Source: an uncultured Candidatus Saccharibacteria bacterium (GTDB taxonomy: Bacteria > Patescibacteriota > Minisyncoccia > Phycocordibacterales > UBA5272). From it: 27,492 nucleotides of DNA. The translations under genes were made by a program, and so were the position numbers. Under the pieces are notes generated by a model. It did no database searches, was not told the origin of the DNA, and was given only the letters and a program-made list of their open reading frames with translations. Positions 9,049 through 17,930 of this stretch are shown here, one piece after another. Positions within the stretch are counted from its first letter, which is position 1; each line of letters starts with the position of its first letter. The stretch lies in assembly GCA_964655555.1 (NCBI GenBank), contig CAZZNF010000002.1, forward strand, positions 24,472 through 51,963, written 5' to 3'.

Positions 9049-10401
9049 ATGACTCAAAAAGAAGCTTTACATATTTTAAAAATGGGACATTCTGTGTTTT
9101 TAACAGGAGCGGCAGGAACTGGTAAAACTCATTTATTAAATGAATATATTGATTATTTAAAAAGTAAAAATCTAAATATAGCAATAACAGCTTCAACAGG
9201 AATAGCAGCAACACATATAGGAGGACAAACTATTCATTCTTGGAGTGGTATAGGAATATATGACAATTTAAATGATTTTAATTTAGATAAAATATTGCAA
9301 AATGAAAAATTATTTAATAAATATAAAAAGATAAAAGTTCTAATTATTGATGAGATTTCTATGTTGCATGGTTCAAAACTTAATATGATAAATACTTTAT
9401 TCAAAAAGTTTAGAGATAATAATTTAGCTTTTGGTGGAATACAAGTTATTTTTTGTGGAGATTTTTTTCAATTACCTCCAGTTATAAAAAACAAAAATGA
9501 TATAACAAATGACTTTGCTTTTAATAGTAATTCTTGGCAAGAATTAAATCCTATAATTTGTTATTTGGAAGAAAATTATAGACAAAAAAATAATTCTTTA
9601 GTAGATTTATTAAATAATATTCGTTTAAATAAAAACAAAGATGAAGTTTTATCATTATTAAATAAATTTATTACAAAAAAGAGCGAGGAAGATATTTTAA
9701 AATTATATACACACAATGTAAATGTTGATGAAATAAATGAAAAAAAATATAACTCATTAAGTAATAAATTAAAAGAATATTCTTTTGAAATGTTTCAAAA
9801 AGGCAAAAAAAAATATATAGATATATTAAAAAATAATTGTTTAGCAAAAGACATAATTAAATTAAAAATAGATACAAAAATTATATTTATTAAAAATAAT
9901 AAAGATAAAAAATATCAAAATGGAACACTTGGAACAGTTATAGATTTTGATAAAAATCAAAATCCTATAGTAAAGATTTTTACTGGTGAAAAAGTAGTAG
10001 TTTTGAGAGAATCTTGGCAATATTTGGATGAAAATGGTAAAGTTTTAGCTGAAATATTTCAATTCCCTATTAAATATGCTTGGGCTATTACAATACATAA
10101 ATCACAAGGTATGACAATTGATAAAGCTGAAATAGATTTATCAAACGCTTTTGGAACTGGTATGGGTTATGTAGCATTATCTAGATTAAAAACATTAGAA
10201 AATATTAATCTTATTGGTATTAATGAAAATGCTTTGTTTATAGACGAAAATATAATAAAAATAGATAAACTATTTAAAGAAAAATCCATTAAAGCAAGAT
10301 ATGCTTTATCAAAATATCTAGATGACAAACAAATAGCCAAAAAAGAATTGATTAAAAAGCAAGAAGATTTTATTTTGAATTCTGGTGGAGATATGTTTTA
10401 A
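9049..10401 (+). CDS. Pif1-family SF1B DNA helicase
   Basis: GAAGTGKT, TASTGIAA, TIHSWSGIG, IIDEISM, GDFFQLPPV, QFPIKYAWAITIHKSQGMT, YVALSR. Confidence 0.92.
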   Translation: MTQKEALHILKMGHSVFLTGAAGTGKTHLLNEYIDYLKSKNLNIAITASTGIAATHIGGQTIHSWSGIGIYDNLNDFNLDKILQNEKLFNKYKKIKVLIIDEISMLHGSKLNMINTLFKKFRDNNLAFGGIQVIFCGDFFQLPPVIKNKNDITNDFAFNSNSWQELNPIICYLEENYRQKNNSLVDLLNNIRLNKNKDEVLSLLNKFITKKSEEDILKLYTHNVNVDEINEKKYNSLSNKLKEYSFEMFQKGKKKYIDILKNNCLAKDIIKLKIDTKIIFIKNNKDKKYQNGTLGTVIDFDKNQNPIVKIFTGEKVVVLRESWQYLDENGKVLAEIFQFPIKYAWAITIHKSQGMTIDKAEIDLSNAFGTGMGYVALSRLKTLENINLIGINENALFIDENIIKIDKLFKEKSIKARYALSKYLDDKQIAKKELIKKQEDFILNSGGDMF

Positions 10402-10488
10402 TAATTAAAAATAAGTTTTACACAATCGTATTATTATGATATATTGATTTTGGTAAAAATATTTTTTAACACTTAAAACAAATTAAAA

Positions 10489-10887
10489 ATGATTAGTTTT
10501 TTCAAAAAACTTTTTAAAAAAGAAAAAAGAAAAGAACAAACAAAAGAAGAATTAATAAAATCTTTGAATCGTGATTATGCTTATATTGCTGATTTTTTTG
10601 GAGATAAAATAAATTCTGAATTATCTAAATTACCTGTTTCTGAACGAAAGAAAAAAGAATTAGAAATTATTGATAAAATGTGTAGTGACATAGAAGAAGT
10701 TCGGTTAACAATGTTAATTCCTAGTCCAGATATTTATAGTTTATACGGTTTACTAGAAGAACGAAATATTTCAAAAAAACAATATGATATTTTGAAAAGA
10801 TTTAAAATTGTTCTTATTTGTTGTATAACAGAAAGAGATAGAATAGAAGATCTTTTAGTACAAAATGAAAATGAATGGAAGAATTAA
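10489..10887 (+). CDS. Hypothetical protein (orphan)
   Basis: 132-aa ORF with its own promoter-like TTTACA-17-TATATT. Confidence 0.65.
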   Translation: MISFFKKLFKKEKRKEQTKEELIKSLNRDYAYIADFFGDKINSELSKLPVSERKKKELEIIDKMCSDIEEVRLTMLIPSPDIYSLYGLLEERNISKKQYDILKRFKIVLICCITERDRIEDLLVQNENEWKN

Positions 10888-11084
10888 ATTCTATATTATT
10901 AAATATAAAAAGATTAGAAAATCGTATTTTAATCATTAAATGGAAAATTGATTCTATTAAAAAAATTAATTCTTTTGAATCAAAAGAACAAATAAAACCT
11001 CTTTTAGAAGAGAAATCTAAAATAAAAGAAGAATTAAACTTTTATTATAGAATTTTATTTGAATTAAAAAACAAAGACCAATAA
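10875..11084 (+). CDS. Small coiled-coil-like hypothetical protein
   Basis: 69 aa, overlaps the upstream ORF by 13 nt, ends in a terminator hairpin. Confidence 0.55.
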   Translation: MEELNSILLNIKRLENRILIIKWKIDSIKKINSFESKEQIKPLLEEKSKIKEELNFYYRILFELKNKDQ

Positions 11085-11097
11085 AAAGGTCTTTTTT
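11073..11097. terminator. Probable bidirectional terminator
   Basis: aaagacc-N8-ggtcttt plus T-run between convergent stop codons. Confidence 0.55.
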
Positions 11098-12097
11098 ATT
11101 TTACAATATATAAATCTTGTTTATATTGAGATATACCAACATATTCAACAAAACTCTCCTCCTCTTCTCCTATATTCAAAATATTTTCATTATTTTCTAA
11201 TTTTGAATTTTCTCTTTTTTGTATAAAATTACATATTTTTTCAAATTTATTACAATTTTTACAACCTTCACCTTCAACAATTTCATTATTACATTTGAAA
11301 TTATTGTTTTCATTTTTTAATTTTTTAATCTCTTTTCCTATATTTATTATTTCTTCTTTTATTAAATAAACTTTTTTTATAAACTCAGCGTCTATTTTTT
11401 TTATTTCTAATGAATTATTATGTTCGATTATTTTTTTATTTTCTGAATCTAAATACCAATAAGCCATTTCACTTACTTTATATTTTTTCTTAATATCTAA
11501 TTCTGTTATTAATAAATAATATATAGGCAATTGAAAAGAATCTTCTTTTTCTTCATTTTTTCCAGTTTTGAAGTCTATTATTCTTATAGAATTATCTTTT
11601 TCTAGATATTCTAACCAATCTATAGCTCCAGTCAATATTAAATTATTTTCTATATCTATTGGAAAATGTGGATTAAATCCATTATGTAAATCTCTGTTCC
11701 AAAAATATTTTTCTGGTATAACTTTATTAATTAAAATCATTGTGTCTTTCAAAATATTTTTCATTATTTTAAGACCTCTTTCAAAAAATTCATTTTCTTC
11801 TTCTTTATTTTTAAATCCACCTTTTTTACCAGTTAAACTATCAAAATTATTTTTATAATTATTAATTAAATTATTTTTGATATATAGTTCTCTATTCGTT
11901 GTTTCTATTTCTTTTAATGGTTCAAGAGTATTATGAATAGCGATACCCAAACTCAAATAAGGAGAAACAATATTTATTTTTCTTTTAGAAATTGGATCTT
12001 TAAAGATATTTTTTAAAAAATATAACCTTTTACATGATAAAAAATCATTTATAGAAGAGTGAGAAAGCCATATAGCTGTATAAGGGTCATATGCCAT
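11096..12097 (-). CDS. PD-(D/E)XK nuclease, AddB-C-terminus/Cas4-like with 4 Cys
   Basis: LSHSSINDFLSC, GIAIH, GAID...IIDFKTG, QLPIY, C-terminal C-x9-CxxC. Confidence 0.85.
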   Translation of the reverse strand: MAYDPYTAIWLSHSSINDFLSCKRLYFLKNIFKDPISKRKINIVSPYLSLGIAIHNTLEPLKEIETTNRELYIKNNLINNYKNNFDSLTGKKGGFKNKEEENEFFERGLKIMKNILKDTMILINKVIPEKYFWNRDLHNGFNPHFPIDIENNLILTGAIDWLEYLEKDNSIRIIDFKTGKNEEKEDSFQLPIYYLLITELDIKKKYKVSEMAYWYLDSENKKIIEHNNSLEIKKIDAEFIKKVYLIKEEIINIGKEIKKLKNENNNFKCNNEIVEGEGCKNCNKFEKICNFIQKRENSKLENNENILNIGEEEESFVEYVGISQYKQDLYIVK

Positions 12098-12101
12098 AAT
12101 T

Positions 12102-15100
12102 TTATAGATTATTATTAATTATATCATTTTCAAATGAGAGTATACCATTTATATTATTTTGATATTTTGATAAATCTATTTTTTGTAAAATAATTATATT
12201 TTTAATCATCTTAAAAGTATTTATTATTAATTTTATAAAATCATTCCACTCTTCTTTTGAAATATCTTTTTTGAAATCTATAATAATTTCAGAGATTTTA
12301 TCATCGTCAACAAAACAAATTTTACCTTGCTTTACTTCTTTATTTTTATATCGTTTACTATTTTCTATTAAAATCTTATAAAACATTAATTGTTGTTTAT
12401 AATTATGTTTTTTAATATTAACATAATCTTCTCCTTCTTTTGATTTTTTGTAGCTAAAATCTTTTAATTCTTTACCGGTTTTGAAGTCTATAACTTCTAC
12501 ATAATCATCTTCTAAAAATAATATATTATCTATTTTTCCAGTTAATTCTGCATTATTCAAAACAACTCCTTCATTTTTAAAATCTACTTCTACTTTAGAA
12601 TTTTTTGCATTTAAATGAATTTCTTCTTTTTTTATTTTATAAAAATTATTTAATTTATCTATACCTTTTTTAATTAAATCTTCTTCATCTTTTTGTAAGA
12701 GTCTCTCTTTTTTGATTTCTTCTTCAAAAACTTTCTGAATTTCTTTTAAAATTTTATTTTCATCTTTTATTTTTAGAAAGGCAATATTTTTATAAATATG
12801 TTCTAGTGTTTTGTGTATAGAAGAACCATAAATAGAAGATAGAGTTTTTGATTTTGGAAATCTTAATAAATTTTGTTCTAAGAATAATTTAGGACCACCT
12901 TTTGTTATATCAAGAAAGTTATTTAAATGTGTTGGTGAAAGTTTGTAATTTTCTAAAAGATTTTCAAGTAAAGCTTTTTCATTTTTAGAAAATGGTGGAA
13001 TATTATAAATTTTTAGTCCATTTTTTAAGTCAATATTTTCTATTTTGATATCAGAAGACTTTAATAAATTCTCTTCTTTTATTTCAATCAAAAAAGGAAC
13101 TATATTGTCAGAATGTGTAATATATATAGTATGTTTTGCTCTTGTAAGTCCAACAAAAAAAAGTCTAATAAAATCATCTTCATTATCAGATTTTCTAGAA
13201 TAAGGCATATTCATTGGTAGTGGTATTTTATTATTTTCTTTTCTGTTTTTCCATATATTTTCGTTACTTGCAAGCAAAAAAACATATTCAAATTCAAGAC
13301 CTTTTGATTTATGTACTGTCATTAAAGATATTGCCTTTTTGTCTCCAATAAAATTTGTCTTATTTAAAAGAGCTACATCATAATCTTTATGTAATTTGAT
13401 AAAGTCTTTCAGATCAGAAACTAATAATTTTTCTCCTTTTTTGAATTCACGAAGAGCATAAATAAAAACTCTTAAACTTGAAAGAAAATGAATATATGAA
13501 GCTAAGTTTTTTTCCATTACATTTTTTCCAAAATAAAATTCTTTATAATTTGAAACAAAATTACTTTTCATTTTTAATATAGAATTTTCTTTATTATTTT
13601 CATAATTGTCATCATATTCATTTTCTAAAATTTCAATATCTTTACTGCCTATCAAAATATCCAATATTATTTCAAGTGAAGTAGTTTTTGATAAAACAGA
13701 AAGCTCTATTATAAATTCTGCAAAATCTTTTATTTTTTTATTGTCTGATTTTAACATAATATCAAGCCAAGATTTTTTTTCTTTATAAGCTTTTACAGAT
13801 ACTTCCCATATTAAAATTTTATCTATATCTAAAAATTCATAAGAAAGTATTTCTGAAAGTAAAGCATCTCTATCTTCTTCTTTGTTTTCAGAAATACATT
13901 CTAATAAATTACAAATTTTTATGAGTGATTCAATATGGATTTGATCAAAAACAGATTCTTTTCTTTCGTAATTAAAAGCTACATTTTTAGCTTCTAAATA
14001 AGGTAATAATTCTTGTATATTATCGTGTTTGCGAGATATTACAACTATTTCATTTGGATCTACACCTTTCTCTATTAAATTATTTATTTCTTTTGCAATA
14101 AATAAATATTCTTTTTCTTTTTCATCAAAAGAATTTAAATATACATCACCTTCTTTTAATTTATTATTTTTGGAAGTAAGATCTTTAATTAGATTTTTAT
14201 CTATTTTTGTAAGTCTTTCATTTGCTTTTTCTATTATTTTTTTTGCAAAATCTAATACTTTTTGTGTAGATCTATAATTGTCTGTTAATACAATTGTTTT
14301 TACATCTTTATAAGAATTTTTGAAGTGAAAAATATTATTTAATTCTGCTCCTTGAAATTTGTAAACTGATTGATCATCATCACCTACTACAAATATTTCT
14401 GGTCTTTTTTCTAAAACTTCATTTTTTGTTATTGATTCTATTAAACTAAGTTGTGCTAAATTTGTATCTTGAAATTCATCTACAAGAATATATTGATAAG
14501 TTTCTTCTATTTCGGCTCTTAAAGTATTATTGTTTATTAATTTATCTTTTACATAAATTATCATATCATTAAAATCAAAATAACCTTGTTTCCATAATTC
14601 ATTTTGATATTCTTTGTAAATATTTACAAGACTTTTTAATTTTTCTATATATCTTTCTTCTTTGAATTTTAATTCATTATTTTCATTTTTTTCAAATAAT
14701 TTTGCTTTTGCTTTTGATAAATTATTATTTTCAATTTCTTTTTCTAAAAATTCTCCAAAATACTTTCCTAATTCTGTATTTGATTTCAAAAATTCAAATT
14801 GAAGTTCTTTGAATCTCTCTTTAGAAGATTTTGACCTCAAATCTTCTGGAACTTTTTCTAAAATATAATTGAGTTTTTTTAAGTCTTTTTCATTATTTTC
14901 TAATTTTTCTAAAACTTGTTTTGGATTAAGTCCAGCTTCTTTGAAGTTTTTAATTCTCTCTTTAACATCTTTGAAATAAGAAAAACCTCTTTCAGAATGA
15001 TAGCCAAAAAGTTTATTTCCATATTTTATTTTTCTAAAAATATTTTCTAATATTTCATTTTGTTTTAATTCTGATATAGGTTCAAATCTGTGAGTATCAA

Positions 15101-15419
15101 AAAAGTATTCAGAATATTTTGATATTATTTCAGTACAAAAAGCATGAAAAGTAAAAATATTTACCTTATAAGCTGTACTACCAATAATCTTTATAAGTCT
15201 ATCTAACATATTTTGACTTGCTGAATCAGTAAATGTTAAACAAAGAATTTCATCTGGTTTTGCTAGATTTTTGTCTATTAAATTTGCTATACGAAGTGAA
15301 ATTATTTCTGTTTTACCACTACCAGGTCCAGCAACAACAAGTACTGGACCATCTAAAGAGTCTACGGCTTTTTTTTGTTCTTTATTTAATTCTTTGTAAC
15401 GAGTTTCAAAATTATTCAT
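12102..15419 (-). CDS. UvrD/AddA-like SF1A helicase fused to a C-terminal RecB-type nuclease
   Basis: AGPGSGKT, LTFT, TFHAF, LVDEFQDTN, VGDDDQSVYKFQGA, NYRS, MTVHKSKGLEF, GLTRAK; C-terminal GKID..VIDFKTG..QQLMFY. Confidence 0.92.
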   Translation of the reverse strand: MNNFETRYKELNKEQKKAVDSLDGPVLVVAGPGSGKTEIISLRIANLIDKNLAKPDEILCLTFTDSASQNMLDRLIKIIGSTAYKVNIFTFHAFCTEIISKYSEYFFDTHRFEPISELKQNEILENIFRKIKYGNKLFGYHSERGFSYFKDVKERIKNFKEAGLNPKQVLEKLENNEKDLKKLNYILEKVPEDLRSKSSKERFKELQFEFLKSNTELGKYFGEFLEKEIENNNLSKAKAKLFEKNENNELKFKEERYIEKLKSLVNIYKEYQNELWKQGYFDFNDMIIYVKDKLINNNTLRAEIEETYQYILVDEFQDTNLAQLSLIESITKNEVLEKRPEIFVVGDDDQSVYKFQGAELNNIFHFKNSYKDVKTIVLTDNYRSTQKVLDFAKKIIEKANERLTKIDKNLIKDLTSKNNKLKEGDVYLNSFDEKEKEYLFIAKEINNLIEKGVDPNEIVVISRKHDNIQELLPYLEAKNVAFNYERKESVFDQIHIESLIKICNLLECISENKEEDRDALLSEILSYEFLDIDKILIWEVSVKAYKEKKSWLDIMLKSDNKKIKDFAEFIIELSVLSKTTSLEIILDILIGSKDIEILENEYDDNYENNKENSILKMKSNFVSNYKEFYFGKNVMEKNLASYIHFLSSLRVFIYALREFKKGEKLLVSDLKDFIKLHKDYDVALLNKTNFIGDKKAISLMTVHKSKGLEFEYVFLLASNENIWKNRKENNKIPLPMNMPYSRKSDNEDDFIRLFFVGLTRAKHTIYITHSDNIVPFLIEIKEENLLKSSDIKIENIDLKNGLKIYNIPPFSKNEKALLENLLENYKLSPTHLNNFLDITKGGPKLFLEQNLLRFPKSKTLSSIYGSSIHKTLEHIYKNIAFLKIKDENKILKEIQKVFEEEIKKERLLQKDEEDLIKKGIDKLNNFYKIKKEEIHLNAKNSKVEVDFKNEGVVLNNAELTGKIDNILFLEDDYVEVIDFKTGKELKDFSYKKSKEGEDYVNIKKHNYKQQLMFYKILIENSKRYKNKEVKQGKICFVDDDKISEIIIDFKKDISKEEWNDFIKLIINTFKMIKNIIILQKIDLSKYQNNINGILSFENDIINNNL

Positions 15420-15549
15420 AATATTAAATTATAACATTTTTAACAATAATTATTTAATAAAAATAATTAAGATTAGCTTGACTTTTCTTTTATTTGTGAT
15501 AATATTTAATTTGAAAATTCTTTATTAATTAACTTTTAAAATTTTTTTT

Positions 15550-15903
15550 ATGAAAGGATTAGAAAAACCTTTTTCTAAACAATTAGACTCAAAAAAAGAG
15601 ACTTCTAAATTAGAATCAAAAAAAGAAACTTCTAATTTATCCTCAAGAAAAGAGTCTTATAATTTAGATTCAAGAAAAGAATCTTTTAGGCCAAAAACAG
15701 AAAAAATAGCTCCAAAAGAAGAAGAAAAGCTTCAATATGTAGCATTTCCTTGGATTTTTGGAGGAATAATATTATTTGCTGTTTTATTCTCTTTCTTTTT
15801 AAATTATGGCAATCATTTTCTCAATTCTTGGTGGGGATTATTTTTAATAGTTCCTGTTCTAATTTTTATAGGAGTTTATAAAAATAAAAAGAAAAAATAT
15901 TAA
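15550..15903 (+). CDS. Hypothetical membrane protein with N-terminal 9-aa repeats and two C-terminal TM helices
   Basis: Own TTGACT promoter and terminator; repeats LxS[KR]KE[TS]xx. Confidence 0.75.
   Translation: MKGLEKPFSKQLDSKKETSKLESKKETSNLSSRKESYNLDSRKESFRPKTEKIAPKEEEKLQYVAFPWIFGGIILFAVLFSFFLNYGNHFLNSWWGLFLIVPVLIFIGVYKNKKKKY
15583..15690 (+). repeat. 4 x 27-bp degenerate in-frame tandem repeat
   Basis: ttagactcaaaaaaagagacttctaaa / ttagaatcaaaaaaagaaacttctaat / ttatcctcaagaaaagagtcttataat / ttagattcaagaaaagaatcttttagg. Confidence 0.85.
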
Positions 15904-15930
15904 AAAATAAGATTACAATATTTAATTTAT

Positions 15931-15958
15931 AAAAACACTTTTTAGGAAGTGTTTTTTT
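15931..15958 (+). terminator. Intrinsic terminator
   Basis: aaaaacactt-tttagg-aagtgttttt followed by tt. Confidence 0.75.
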
Positions 15959-15959
15959 G

Positions 15960-15988
15960 TTGCACAAAATAATATTTTGTGTTATAAT
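15960..15988 (+). promoter_or_regulatory. Sigma70 promoter with a palindromic operator-like spacer
   Basis: TTGCAC-17-TATAAT with extended TG; perfect inverted repeat cacaaaata-a-tattttgtg at 15963-15981. Confidence 0.6.
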
Positions 15989-15994
15989 GATAAT

Positions 15995-16146
15995 AGTTTT
16001 TAGGTTTTTTCAATATTGAATTTTCTTTTAATTATTTTTGAGAGAAAGAAACAAATCTGAAATTGAATTATTTTCCAAATAGGAAAAATAACATTTTCAA
16101 AAAGAAGGAGGTATGAGTAAACTATATTACCTCCTTTTCTTTTTTC
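15995..16146 (+). ncRNA. Candidate structured small RNA
   Basis: Lies between the promoter at 15960 and the hairpin at 16105; several stems with G-U pairs valid on +; no credible ORF. Confidence 0.45.
16103..16146. terminator. Bidirectional terminator hairpin containing SD/anti-SD
   Basis: aaggaggta-N14-tacctcctt, with U-rich tails on both strands. Confidence 0.7.
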
Positions 16147-16177
16147 TAAATTTAAAAATTTTTAATTATAGATAAAT

Positions 16178-16246
16178 TTATTTTTTATCTGTATTCTTTT
16201 TTGGTTTCTTTTTTTCTTTTCTTTGTGAAAAATTTCCTTTTGCCAT
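16178..16246 (-). CDS. 22-aa Lys-rich microprotein (not in ORF track)
   Basis: MAKGNFSQRKEKKKPKKNTDKK*; TGaTATAAT upstream and a terminator downstream. Confidence 0.6.
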   Translation of the reverse strand: MAKGNFSQRKEKKKPKKNTDKK

Positions 16247-16280
16247 ATATTTTATTTATGTTTAAAATAATTATATCACA

Positions 16281-16628
16281 TTATTTACAAGTTTTTGATA
16301 AAGTATAGCCAGCTTTCAAAGCTTCTTCTTCAGTATTAAAAAATATCTTATTTTCTTCTTTTATTGTAGATTTACAATTAAAGAAGTAATATTTTTTACC
16401 TCTTTTGCTCGCATAAATGTATTTTATTGTGTTTTTATTGTTTTTTAAAAAAGAATAATTTGACTTTTCATAAATTATATTGTCTTTTATTAATAATTTA
16501 TTTTGTTCTTTTATTTTGTATATTAAAAATAAAGAAATGATTAAAAGAGTTATGAAAATAGAAACTAATTCATAAGAATTAAGTTCTCTATTGATTTTTT
16601 TGATTGTTTCTGTTATACTTTTATCCAT
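16281..16628 (-). CDS. Membrane-anchored protein with an Ada-type metal-binding-like C-terminal domain
   Basis: TM helix, then YASKRGKKYY..C...IKEENKIFF.TEEEA.KAGY..SKTC. Confidence 0.7.
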   Translation of the reverse strand: MDKSITETIKKINRELNSYELVSIFITLLIISLFLIYKIKEQNKLLIKDNIIYEKSNYSFLKNNKNTIKYIYASKRGKKYYFFNCKSTIKEENKIFFNTEEEALKAGYTLSKTCK

Positions 16629-16654
16629 AATATTAATAATTATATACTAAAAAT

Positions 16655-16927
16655 ATGGCAACAAGGAAAGCTGCGGGAACAGCTAAAAATCTAAGAGATA
16701 GTAATCCTAAATATTTAGGTCTTAAAAAAGGATCTGGAGAATCAGTAATTGCTGGAAATATTTTATTAAGACAAAGAGGTACAAAGTTTTTAGCTGGGAA
16801 GAATGTAGGAATTGGTAAAGACCATACTTTATTTGCATTAAAAGAAGGTAAAGTTAATTTTTCTAAAAAAAGACAAGTAAAATTTAATAATAAAGAAATA
16901 TACAAAAAGGTTATTAATGTAATATAA
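16655..16927 (+). CDS. rpmA: 50S ribosomal protein bL27
   Basis: [44 protein letters not shown]. Confidence 0.97.
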   Translation: MATRKAAGTAKNLRDSNPKYLGLKKGSGESVIAGNILLRQRGTKFLAGKNVGIGKDHTLFALKEGKVNFSKKRQVKFNNKEIYKKVINVI

Positions 16928-16952
16928 AAACCCCCTATTTGTAATAGGAGGT
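16926..16952 (-). terminator. Intrinsic terminator (minus strand, possibly bidirectional)
   Basis: On -: ACCUCCUAUU-ACA-AAUAGGGGGU-UUUU; the single mismatch becomes U-G only on -. Confidence 0.65.
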
Positions 16953-16971
16953 AATTAGAAGATAAATTGTA

Positions 16972-17334
16972 TTATTTCTTTAAATCGATTTTTATATTGT
17001 ATTTATCACAATATTTTCGCCATCTTTTTTCTGAACAAGTATCTTCTTGTTTTATTTTTAAATAAGGATTTGAAACAGCACAAACTCCACAAACAGATTC
17101 AAAATTTATTACCCCCTCTTTCTTTGAAGAAACCATTAATCTGTGTATTGTAAAACCAGGAGGTAAAAAATCTGTTTTTTTATCTAAATCTAAAAGAGAA
17201 TTTAATTTAAAATTTGCTAAAGAGTAAGAATTGTTTATATTGGTTACAAATAATCTTACTAAAGATTTATTATTCGGTAGATTTTTACTAAAACAAACGG
17301 GACAAAAAAAACATATATTTATATAATTATCCAT
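16972..17334 (-). CDS. Hypothetical Cys-rich (zinc-ribbon-like) protein
   Basis: CFFCPVC ... CGVC; own TTGCAA-17-TATAAT promoter. Confidence 0.65.
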   Translation of the reverse strand: MDNYINICFFCPVCFSKNLPNNKSLVRLFVTNINNSYSLANFKLNSLLDLDKKTDFLPPGFTIHRLMVSSKKEGVINFESVCGVCAVSNPYLKIKQEDTCSEKRWRKYCDKYNIKIDLKK

Positions 17335-17407
17335 AAATAAATAATTTAAAAGTTAAAGAATATATACTTTTAATATTATACCATAATATTAATATTTTTG
17401 CAAATGT

Positions 17408-17872
17408 TTATTTAACGAGTATTTTAAAGGTTTTTTCTATATTTTTTGAAATTATTTTTATTTGATATTGACCTATTTTTTTTATAGGATTTTTACTTAA
17501 AATAATTTGATTTTTATCTAATGATATTTTTGTTTTTTTGAATAAAGCTTCTAGAATATCTGTTTCTTTTATTTGTGAAAACAAAGAACCATTTTTTTCT
17601 TTATTTTTTATTTCTATTTCTAAAAATCCATTACTTTCTTTATTCAAAAGTTCTTCTAATTCATTTATAAATTTTAAAAAATTATTTGTTTTGTTTTCTA
17701 ATTGTATTTCTTTTTCTTTATTTTCTAAATTTAATTTTTTAATAGCTTGTGGTGTAGCGATGATAGCTTGTTTTTTGGGAATTAAAACATTTGTAGCAAA
17801 ACCATCTGCAACTTCTTTTATTTCACCTATTTTGCCTTGTTTTGCTACATTTTGTATAAAAATGACTTTCAT
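17408..17872 (-). CDS. rplI: 50S ribosomal protein bL9
   Basis: MKVIFIQNVAKQGKIGEIKEVADGFATNVLIPKKQA, GSLFSQI, PIKKIG. Confidence 0.95.
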   Translation of the reverse strand: MKVIFIQNVAKQGKIGEIKEVADGFATNVLIPKKQAIIATPQAIKKLNLENKEKEIQLENKTNNFLKFINELEELLNKESNGFLEIEIKNKEKNGSLFSQIKETDILEALFKKTKISLDKNQIILSKNPIKKIGQYQIKIISKNIEKTFKILVK

Positions 17873-17930
17873 ATTATTTAATTATATCAAAAGATGTATA
17901 ATATATAAAGTAGTACATTAAAATTTTTTT

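Noticed and set aside
11096..12097. Cas4 of a CRISPR system
   Set aside because: No cas1/cas2 or array in the window; tight coupling to a UvrD-nuclease fits an AddAB-like pair better
15583..15690. CRISPR array
   Set aside because: The repeats are contiguous, have no spacers, are in frame and are degenerate, so this is a protein repeat
15995..16075. Hammerhead ribozyme (three-way junction with GAAAC)
   Set aside because: The CUGANGA core is absent
16113..16175. 20-aa hydrophobic ORF MSKLYYLLFFFLNLKIFNYR as a type I toxin
   Set aside because: The SD abuts the ATG with no spacing and the ORF runs through the terminator U-tract; the hydrophobicity comes from the T-run
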